Below are positions 56,972-64,000 of a DNA stretch of 64,000 nt, piece by piece. The position numbers and the translations under genes were made by a program. Each line of letters opens with the position of its first letter. Position 1 is the stretch's first letter. The stretch is taken from assembly GCA_038242455.1 (NCBI GenBank), contig JBBSSB010000001.1, positions 15,069 through 79,068 on the forward strand. The letters run 5' to 3'. The notes under the pieces were generated by a model. The model saw only the letters and a list, made by a program, of their open reading frames with translations. It was not told the DNA's origin and made no database searches. Origin of the DNA: Lysobacterales bacterium (lineage in GTDB: Bacteria > Pseudomonadota > Gammaproteobacteria > Xanthomonadales > Xanthomonadaceae).

Positions 56972-58104
56972 GGTGAGCCGGTGCATTCAGGGGCCAGCTT
57001 CAAGGTGCGCGCGATGTCGCCCAAGTCGAATGCGGTCACTGATTCGTCGCGATGCACGGCAAACAACACGCCGTCGGGGAAGGACGCAGTCTCGGCGGCG
57101 TGCAGGGCGATGCCGTCCGACATTGAGGTCACGGTTCCGCGGAAGCTGCCGACCGGGGCGAGGTCGGTCCGGTTGAACAGGTGGAATGCGGTCAGCGTGC
57201 TGCGCTGGTCAACGGCAACCCAGTAGCCGGTGTCATGGCTGCACGCCCATAGTGCGACCCCTTCGGCTTCATTTGCGAAGGTTTCCTCCGGCAGGCTCCG
57301 GCCGGTGAATTCCCCTGCCAGCGTGTACTCACGCAGGGTCGAGATGAGCTGGCCGTCGCCGCCGGGAAACCGTTCGTCGGCAATCATCAGGCGGTCGTGG
57401 GCCGGATCTCCGGCAATGGATTCGACCACTCTCAGTGCCCCCGGCTCGGTGGTGTCGCCGAAAGAGCCGATGTAGCTGGCGGTAAAGGTGTCGTCGTCGA
57501 TTTCCAGATGAAAGCGCCGGACCCGCTGGTCAAGCTCCTTCAGCGGCGGAACGACGTCAAAACGCGCGCCGTACATGAAGCTGTCGGTGACATAGACATC
57601 CAGTCCGTCCGGCGAAACTTCGTTGATCCACAGACCGTACGGACTGCGCAGCTCGTTCTCGCCGAACGTGCCCAGCGACTGCAGCGAGGGCAGGGCGAGG
57701 ACCTGTACCCGGTGGTTGTCGCGCTCGGCAACAAACAGGTAGTCGCCGTGAACCGCGAGTCCGTTGGGGCGATTGAACTCGACTGACAGGTCAGCCGTGC
57801 CGGCAACGGTGCGCAGCCACGCGCCGCTGTCGGCGTCGAAGACCATCACAGCGTGCGCGGATTTGGCGCTGGCGATCAGCCACGTGCCGCCATCGGGGGA
57901 AGGCCAGGTAGCCAACGAGTCCAGCTCCATCCCAGCGTGGGCAGGCGACACATAGCGCTCGGTCACAACGTGCTCGGTGCTGGGGAACGCTTCGTGGTCC
58001 GCCTCGGTCCCGCGCGCAAGCTCACTGTTGCGCTGCAGTCCACTGGCACAGCCGCCAAGAATCAAGGTGAGGCCTATGCCGGCCAAGGAACGTCGGAAAT
58101 TCAT
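56968..58104 (-). CDS. Phytase-like beta-propeller lipoprotein
   Basis: Lipobox ILGG-C; ELDSLATW, FNRPNG.AV, ERDNHRVQV, PYGL, EAEGVALW, DGIAL repeats. Confidence 0.7.
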   Translation of the reverse strand: MNFRRSLAGIGLTLILGGCASGLQRNSELARGTEADHEAFPSTEHVVTERYVSPAHAGMELDSLATWPSPDGGTWLIASAKSAHAVMVFDADSGAWLRTVAGTADLSVEFNRPNGLAVHGDYLFVAERDNHRVQVLALPSLQSLGTFGENELRSPYGLWINEVSPDGLDVYVTDSFMYGARFDVVPPLKELDQRVRRFHLEIDDDTFTASYIGSFGDTTEPGALRVVESIAGDPAHDRLMIADERFPGGDGQLISTLREYTLAGEFTGRSLPEETFANEAEGVALWACSHDTGYWVAVDQRSTLTAFHLFNRTDLAPVGSFRGTVTSMSDGIALHAAETASFPDGVLFAVHRDESVTAFDLGDIARTLKLAPECTGSP

Positions 58105-58196
58105 CCGGGGAAGTCTAGTGGCTCCGCGAGCGTTGTAGCAGTTACGTCGGAATACGTTATCTGCCGATATTCCATCGCTCTATCCGAATAGAGAGA

Positions 58197-58225
58197 TTGA
58201 CATGCTCGAAATGTCGCGGCATAGT
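58197..58225 (+). promoter_or_regulatory. Sigma70 promoter of the met leader
   Basis: TTGACA-N17-CATAGT ending 9 nt before the riboswitch P1. Confidence 0.7.
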
Positions 58226-58234
58226 TCCTGCCAT

Positions 58235-58352
58235 CCATCGAGACCGGCAGAGGGACAGGCCCTTTGAAGCCGGGGCAACCCAGCGCAGCGCAAGCCGCGT
58301 GAGGGTGCCAAATCCTGCGGTCCCGCGTTCTCCAGCGGTGGCCGGAAGATGG
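58235..58352 (+). ncRNA. SAM-I (S-box) riboswitch
   Basis: CCATC-GAGA..GGCAGAGGGACAGGCCCTTTGAAGCC..GGCAACC..GGTGCCAAATCCTGC..GAAGATGG; P1 CCATC/GATGG; upstream of metX. Confidence 0.92.
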
Positions 58353-58420
58353 TTGCCGGCATGACTCCATGTGCGTTGGCAGCCGTACCTCGGTGGCTCC
58401 CGCCACTTTGGACGTCCGTC

Positions 58421-59476
58421 ATGAGCCTGCAGCTTTCCTCCCGTAGCACCGAGTCCCTTTTCCAGCCCAGCCACGTCGCCCTATCGCGGTTTCCGGCCGC
58501 GGTGAAGGGTATGGCGGTGCGCGGCGAGATCGAGGTCCAGCTGGACCTGCGCCATGCCCGCCCTCGGCTGGTGACCCTGCGCTATGAGCGCGTTGGTGAT
58601 CCCTCGTTGCCGACGCTGTTTGTCGCGGGCGGGATTTCCGCCAATCGCCATGTCGGTGCCAGCGAGCGCTACACGGATGCTGGTTGGTGGGAGGAGCAGT
58701 CCGGTGCGGGGCGCGCATTGGATCCAGCGCATCACTGCATTCTGGCCTTTGACTGGATCGGCAGCGACGGCAGCCTGGACGTGGTGATTGACCCTGCGGA
58801 CCAAGCAGCAGCGGTGGTAAAGCTGCTGGATGCGTTGCGGATCGGTCGTCTGGCCGCGTTCATCGGCAACTCTTATGGCGCCATGGTCGGCCTGCACTTG
58901 GCGGCCAGCCATCCATCTCGACTCGGGCGTTTGGTTGCCATCAGCGGTGTCCATCGTGCGCACCCGTATGCCAGTGCGTGGCGCGCTCTGCAGCGACGTG
59001 CGGTTGCACTGGGTGCCTTGCAGTGCGACGACAGTCAGGGCGTGGCACTTGCCCGCCAGCTGGCCATGCTCAGCTACCGCACCGCAGCCGAATTCGACAG
59101 CCGTTTCGGCCCTGCCGAGGTAGTCAATGGCCGGGTTCGGGTCGCCGCAGAGGACTATCTGGACTATTGCGGGCAGCGTTTTTCCGACCGAGTGGCGGCG
59201 CAGGCGTTTGTACGCTTGTCCGAATCCATCGACCTTCAGGCCGTTGATCCCGAAGCGATCCGGGTGCCGGTCACCGTGGTCGCAGTGACCGAGGATCTGC
59301 TGATTCCCTTGGGTGATGCCTACGAGTTGGTCGAGCGACTGCGCGGCGAAACCCGTTTGCACGTTATCCGCTCGCAGTTCGGACATGACGCGTTCCTCAA
59401 GGAGCGTGCACAGATCAACAGCATCCTGCGTGAGGCGCTGCTCGACATCGCGGCTGATGTGGCGGTGTGTGCATGA
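58421..59476 (+). CDS. metX: Homoserine O-acyl(succinyl)transferase, MetX family
   Basis: AGGISA, GWW, FIGNSYGAMVG nucleophile elbow, ARQLAMLSYRT, YLDY.G, SESID, S.FGHDAFLKE; start could be 58361. Confidence 0.9.
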   Translation: MSLQLSSRSTESLFQPSHVALSRFPAAVKGMAVRGEIEVQLDLRHARPRLVTLRYERVGDPSLPTLFVAGGISANRHVGASERYTDAGWWEEQSGAGRALDPAHHCILAFDWIGSDGSLDVVIDPADQAAAVVKLLDALRIGRLAAFIGNSYGAMVGLHLAASHPSRLGRLVAISGVHRAHPYASAWRALQRRAVALGALQCDDSQGVALARQLAMLSYRTAAEFDSRFGPAEVVNGRVRVAAEDYLDYCGQRFSDRVAAQAFVRLSESIDLQAVDPEAIRVPVTVVAVTEDLLIPLGDAYELVERLRGETRLHVIRSQFGHDAFLKERAQINSILREALLDIAADVAVCA

Positions 59477-60663
59477 GCGCACAGGTGGCTGGCGTCGCAC
59501 GGGTCAAGAGCAAGCGTGTGGAGGGATGGAGCGATCCAGAGCAGTCAGCCGCGCCGCCGCTCGCACGGCTGGTCCTGCTGGGCACCGGAAATGTGGGCAA
59601 GGCGGTGTTGGACCGTCTTGCCAGCTGGCAGGGCACGCCTCGGGGTGATTCCCTCGTGCTGGTGCATGCGGGTAACTCGCGCGGCGCGCAGCGGGGCGAA
59701 CGACTTTGCCCCGCAACCACGCATCAACGCTTGCTGGACGGTAACCATTTGCCGCAAAACCCGGGGCTGGCCAACTTGGCAGGCGTCGCAGATGCGCTCG
59801 CAGGGCATGAGCGAGCGCATCGGGTGATTGTCGATGCGACGGCGAGTGAAGCCGTGGCCGACTATCACGCCCATTGGCTGGAGCAGGGCATTCACGTGGT
59901 TACCGCCTGCAAGCTCGGGTTGGGCACGTCGCTGGAGCGCTGGCATTCGATCAGCCGGGCGGCTTCGCGCGGCGGCGTGCGCTACGGCGACAGCGCCACC
60001 GTCGGCGCCGGGCTGCCGCTGCTGCGCAATATCCGCGACTTGCAGGCGGGAGGCGACACCATCCACGCGATTGCTGGAGTCCTGTCCGGGTCGCTGGCGT
60101 GGCTGTTCAACCAGTACGACGGTCAGCAGGCCTTCTCGCAGCTTGTGCAGCAGGCGAAGGAGGCCGGATATACCGAGCCGGATCCTCGCGAGGATCTGTC
60201 CGGTGAGGACGTGCGCCGCAAAATCCTGATTCTTGCTCGCGCAGCAGGGGTTCCGCTGGCTGGTGACGACGTCGAGGTCCAGTCACTGCTGGCGGGCGTG
60301 CCTGCTAATGGCGTGCCTGTTGAGGCTGTGAACGCGGACGCAGATCTGCAGGCGCTGGATGCCCCGTTGCGTGAGCGTCATCGCTCGGCACTCGCCAGCG
60401 GCGGTCAACTGCGTTTCATCGCGCGTTTGCAAAATGGTCGGGCGAGTGTGGGGCTGGAATGTCTGGAGGCGACCCACCCGTTGGCGGGTGGCGCCGGGAC
60501 GGACAACCGCGTGGCGATCTGGTCGGACCGTTACCGCGACCAGCCGCTGGTGGTCCAGGGGCCGGGTGCGGGTGCCGGCGTTACCGCCGCCGGCCTGTTG
60601 GACGATGTGCTGCGGATCATCCGTGAGCGTCCGCTGGCAAATCAGGGGCTCAGCACTCGATAA
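59473..60663 (+). CDS. hom: Homoserine dehydrogenase (stand-alone, MetL-C-terminal type)
   Basis: [57 protein letters not shown]. Confidence 0.92.
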   Translation: MSAQVAGVARVKSKRVEGWSDPEQSAAPPLARLVLLGTGNVGKAVLDRLASWQGTPRGDSLVLVHAGNSRGAQRGERLCPATTHQRLLDGNHLPQNPGLANLAGVADALAGHERAHRVIVDATASEAVADYHAHWLEQGIHVVTACKLGLGTSLERWHSISRAASRGGVRYGDSATVGAGLPLLRNIRDLQAGGDTIHAIAGVLSGSLAWLFNQYDGQQAFSQLVQQAKEAGYTEPDPREDLSGEDVRRKILILARAAGVPLAGDDVEVQSLLAGVPANGVPVEAVNADADLQALDAPLRERHRSALASGGQLRFIARLQNGRASVGLECLEATHPLAGGAGTDNRVAIWSDRYRDQPLVVQGPGAGAGVTAAGLLDDVLRIIRERPLANQGLSTR

Positions 60664-62032
60664 CGTTGACCGCAAGACCACCGCGGCTGGTTTCCTTGTA
60701 CTTGTCCTGCATGTCACGTCCCGTATCGCGCATGGTCTTGATGACCTTGTCGAGGCTGACCTTCTGCGTGCCGTCACCGCGCATCGCCAGTCGCGACGCG
60801 TTGATTGCCTTCACCGAGCCCATGGCATTGCGCTCGATGCAGGGGATCTGGACCAGTCCGCCAATCGGGTCGCAGGTCAGACCCAGGTTGTGCTCCATAC
60901 CGATCTCCGCAGCATTCTCGACCTTGACCGGGCTGCCTCCCAGCGCAGCGGTCAGCCCGGCGGCGGCCATTGAGCACGCGACGCCGACCTCACCCTGACA
61001 GCCGACCTCGGCGCCGGAGATGCTGGCGTTCTCTTTATAGAGAATGCCCACCGCCGCGGCGGTCAACAGGAACGTTCGGATACCTTCAATGTTGGAGCCG
61101 GGAATGAAACGGTCGTAATAGTGCAGCACGGCCGGAATGATTCCTGCCGCTCCATTGGTCGGCGCGGTGACCACGCGGCCACCTGCAGCATTTTCTTCGT
61201 TCACCGCCAGCGCGAACAGGTTGACCCAGTCGAGCATGGTCAGCGGATCTTCCTGTCCTGCATCGGGCCGCGACTCCAGATCGGCGTACAGGGCTGGCGC
61301 ACGACGCGTGACCCGCAGGCCACCTGGCAGCGTGCCTGGCGAGCGGATACCGCGCTCAACGCACGACTTCATCGCCGCCCAAAGGTCGTCCAGTCCGGCG
61401 TCGATCTCGGCGGCGCTGCGCCAGACCTGTTCGTTCGCATAGATCATCTGAGCGATCGACAAGTCGTTGTCATGCGCGCGCTGCAGCAGCTCGTCGCCAG
61501 AGGAGAACGGGTAGGGCACCTCGCTGGTGTCGGCGACGATCCGGTCTTCGGCTGCTTCGTCCTGATTGACCACAAAGCCGCCACCGACCGAGTAGTAGTC
61601 GCGTGTCGCGATGACTTCACCCGCTTCGTCGTACGCAGTGAAGCGCATTCCATTGGTATGGAACGGCAGCTTCTGGCGCTTGTTCATGATGAGGTCGTGC
61701 TTTTCGTTGAAATCGATCTCATGCTGGCCGTGCAGGCGGATGCGCTTGCTGCCGCGGATGCGCTCCAGCGCCGCCGGAATGATGTCGGGATCGATCCGGT
61801 CGGGCCAGTTGCCCTCCAATCCCATCATTACCGCCGTGTCGGTGCCGTGGCCGCGACCGGTCATCGCCAGTGAGCCGAAAACCTCCGCGCGCACGCGGGT
61901 GGTGCGCTCAAGATCGCCGTTGTCGACGATCCAACGCTCGATGAAACGGGCGGCGGCGCGCATCGGCCCAACGGTGTGGGAGGAGCTCGGCCCGATGCCG
62001 ATCTTGAACAGGTCGAAACAGCTGACAGACAT
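60650..62032 (-). CDS. sdaA: L-serine ammonia-lyase (Fe-S)
   Basis: [65 protein letters not shown]. Confidence 0.97.
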   Translation of the reverse strand: MSVSCFDLFKIGIGPSSSHTVGPMRAAARFIERWIVDNGDLERTTRVRAEVFGSLAMTGRGHGTDTAVMMGLEGNWPDRIDPDIIPAALERIRGSKRIRLHGQHEIDFNEKHDLIMNKRQKLPFHTNGMRFTAYDEAGEVIATRDYYSVGGGFVVNQDEAAEDRIVADTSEVPYPFSSGDELLQRAHDNDLSIAQMIYANEQVWRSAAEIDAGLDDLWAAMKSCVERGIRSPGTLPGGLRVTRRAPALYADLESRPDAGQEDPLTMLDWVNLFALAVNEENAAGGRVVTAPTNGAAGIIPAVLHYYDRFIPGSNIEGIRTFLLTAAAVGILYKENASISGAEVGCQGEVGVACSMAAAGLTAALGGSPVKVENAAEIGMEHNLGLTCDPIGGLVQIPCIERNAMGSVKAINASRLAMRGDGTQKVSLDKVIKTMRDTGRDMQDKYKETSRGGLAVNVIEC

Positions 62033-62090
62033 GGCAATCCATTGAGTTGAGTGTGTGGGCCTTCCCTTGGTTGGCCCCGGAGTAGAGCCT

Positions 62091-62381
62091 ATGATAGATC
62101 GCCGTCAAACGGCCAATGAAATGCGACTGATGCTCTACCAGCGTGACGACTGTCATCTCTGCGACCTGGCGTTGGCGGAGTTGGCGCAGGCGTCAATCCC
62201 CGACTTCGAAAGCGTCTTCATTGACGAGGAACCCGAGCTTGAGCAGCGCTACGGTGCGCGCGTCCCGGTGCTGGTTGATCCGGTGAATGAGCGGGAGCTG
62301 GAGTGGCCGTTCACTGCCGTTGTCGCGCGCGAGTGGCTGGGACTAAATGGGCAGCCTGTCAGGGAGCCGGCGACAGATTGA
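62091..62381 (+). CDS. Glutaredoxin-like protein (DUF836)
   Basis: [28 protein letters not shown]. Confidence 0.85.
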   Translation: MIDRRQTANEMRLMLYQRDDCHLCDLALAELAQASIPDFESVFIDEEPELEQRYGARVPVLVDPVNERELEWPFTAVVAREWLGLNGQPVREPATD

Positions 62382-62955
62382 CGCGCGTGCTGATCGCGAC
62401 GTTCGCGGGGATGATGCCCAAGTCGTTCCAGTCGCCACCACCGATGCCGAAGTCCAGCCGCGGCACGCTTGCGCGGCCGATCAGTACGGGCGCGGTGCCT
62501 TCGGTCCAGGTGAAGTTCAACGTTACCGGCTGGCTCACATCCCGAAGCGTGAGGGTGCCGTCGGCGGCGTAGCGGTCCTCGCCAAGATGGCGGAACGACT
62601 CAGCGCGATAGCGGGCCTGGGGAAACAGCTTGCTGCTGAAAAAGTCGCCGCCCTGCAGGGTGGTATCGCGCTCGGGGTTCGCGGTCGTTGCACTGGCCAG
62701 AGGAATGGTGACCTCGAGCTTGGCCTTATCCAGCTGTTGCGGATCAAACCGCAGGGTTGTGGTGAACTGGCTGAAATGGCCGGCGAAGATCTCGCCTTCG
62801 AAGCTGGAACCGAAAGTAAGCGTCGAGCCGGGTGCCTGCACATAGTCGGCAGCCGACGCGTTGCCGCTGACTGCGAACAGGACGCCTGCCAGCGTCAAGG
62901 CGATGCACACGGCGGAACGTCTGCGCGAAGGAAAGGCATTCGACATAGGGATCAT
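62359..62955 (-). CDS. YceI family periplasmic lipid/polyisoprenoid-binding protein
   Basis: Signal peptide, GS.LTF, F.G.F, RD..LQG.DFF....FP.A.Y, GTLTLR, RLDFGIG. Confidence 0.9.
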   Translation of the reverse strand: MIPMSNAFPSRRRSAVCIALTLAGVLFAVSGNASAADYVQAPGSTLTFGSSFEGEIFAGHFSQFTTTLRFDPQQLDKAKLEVTIPLASATTANPERDTTLQGGDFFSSKLFPQARYRAESFRHLGEDRYAADGTLTLRDVSQPVTLNFTWTEGTAPVLIGRASVPRLDFGIGGGDWNDLGIIPANVAISTRVNLSPAP

Positions 62956-63530
62956 CGGGACTTCCCGTTGGATGAACGTTTGGTGCGGCTCGGCAGCATT
63001 CGTCGCAGGGTGTCGTCGCCTACAAAATAGTGGTGATAGAGCGCAGCGCCTGCATGCATCAGGACCAGCGCCGCGAGTGCCCAGAAAAACCATCCATGGG
63101 CGTCACGGGCGATCTCGCGCAAGCCAGTGTTCGGGGCGACCAGTTTGGGTACCTCGAACAGGCCGAACCAGCGCAGTGGCCGCAACCCGCCGGCGGAATC
63201 GAACAGCCAGCCCGACAGGGGCATCGCGATGATCAGTGCATACAGCAGCCAATGGGTTACGCGGGCGACCAGCAACTGCAAGGTCGGAATACCGGTCAAC
63301 GGCTTGGGCGCTCCGGCGTAAGCGCGCCACGCGAGGCGGATGATTGCCAGCACCAGCACCGTCAGGCCGAGCGACTTGTGCAGGTTGAACACCCAGAAGT
63401 AACGAGGCGATTTGGGCACGCTGTCCAGTGACAGGCCAATTACCGCCATGGCCAGCACCAGCACGACTATCGTCCAATGCAGCAACTGGCTTACAGGTCC
63501 CCAGCGGTCTACGGGATTTTTCAGGTTCAT
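62952..63530 (-). CDS. Cytochrome b561 (YceJ/CybB family)
   Basis: LLHW, HKSLGL, THWLLY, MPLSGW, HAGAALYHH, DDTLRRM. Confidence 0.92.
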   Translation of the reverse strand: MNLKNPVDRWGPVSQLLHWTIVVLVLAMAVIGLSLDSVPKSPRYFWVFNLHKSLGLTVLVLAIIRLAWRAYAGAPKPLTGIPTLQLLVARVTHWLLYALIIAMPLSGWLFDSAGGLRPLRWFGLFEVPKLVAPNTGLREIARDAHGWFFWALAALVLMHAGAALYHHYFVGDDTLRRMLPSRTKRSSNGKSR

Positions 63531-64000
63531 GGTCGGGTTCCGGGGTCAGATGTGGGTTTGGTAGGCACTGCTTCCGCCTCGATGCGCAACGTCACCTCGT
63601 CGCCGATCATCGATGGCCACGCATCAATACCGTAGTCGCTACGGCTCAGCCGTGCTGTAGCGGAGAAGCCGGCAGTGCGGCGGAACGGCGGCATCGGATG
63701 GCGCTTGATCGCGTTGACGGTGACATCCATGCACAGCGGCCGGGTCACGCCGCGCAGGCTGAGCTCACCGCAGACACGGCCTTGTCCGGGCTGAGTTTCC
63801 TCGGCGCTGCTGGAGATGAAATGCACCTCCGGGTGCGATTGCGCGTCCAAGAGTCGCGAGGCAAGCGTGGCGCGGTTCCAAGCCTCGTCGCCCAGCTCAA
63901 GGCCGGCGAGTGGCACCGTGGCGTCGAGTTGCGTCGAGCTCCAGTCGGCGGGATCGAACTGAAAAGTCCCCTGACTGCCCGAGATCGTTCCCAGCGCTTG
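63527..64000 (-). CDS. YceI family protein (5' truncated by window)
   Basis: Open frame to window edge QALGTISGSQGTFQFDPADW...; GELSLRGVTRP, AGFSATARLSRSDYGI, V.LRIEAEA. Confidence 0.88.
   Translation of the reverse strand, partial: QALGTISGSQGTFQFDPADWSSTQLDATVPLAGLELGDEAWNRATLASRLLDAQSHPEVHFISSSAEETQPGQGRVCGELSLRGVTRPLCMDVTVNAIKRHPMPPFRRTAGFSATARLSRSDYGIDAWPSMIGDEVTLRIEAEAVPTKPTSDPGTRP

Noticed and set aside
62359-64000. yceI-cytochrome b561-yceI as a new system
   Set aside because: Widespread known arrangement in Proteobacteria

Overview
GC-rich, gene-dense core-genome segment of a Xanthomonadaceae/Lysobacteraceae bacterium (Lysobacter/Luteimonas-like, inferred from gene order and protein style). 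Left to right: 3' end of a UbiH/UbiF-type hydroxylase, secreted EF-hand protein, rlmM-deaminase-glnS, oxyR-ahpF-ahpC with an OxyR box, prmC-pip, NUDIX/5'-3' exonuclease/nitroreductase, DUF1631, a transhydrogenase locus (pntAA ... pntAB-pntB) interrupted by an ECF sigma/anti-sigma/DUF3106 cassette, sufT, a stand-alone subtilase-propeptide lipoprotein, lpoA-yraN-FAD oxidase-UDG, rsmI-rnpB, the dcw cluster (mraZ to lpxC, without murD), dciA/M23/secA/mutT, co-directional pilA-pilB-pilC-pilD-coaE, an SseB-like gene, an M23 peptidase and a phytase-like lipoprotein, a SAM-I riboswitch controlling metX-hom (without metB), sdaA, glutaredoxin and yceI-cybB-yceI. I saw no tRNA, rRNA, CRISPR array, integrase, transposase or prophage. 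I cannot demonstrate a new multi-gene system. The best candidates for something undescribed are the lipid-anchored protease propeptide with no catalytic domain (21002-21502), the SseB-like/hom/sdaA neighbourhood, the metB-less riboswitch operon with a candidate operator, and the deaminase between glnS and rlmM. All family calls come from motif recognition by eye, not from database searches.
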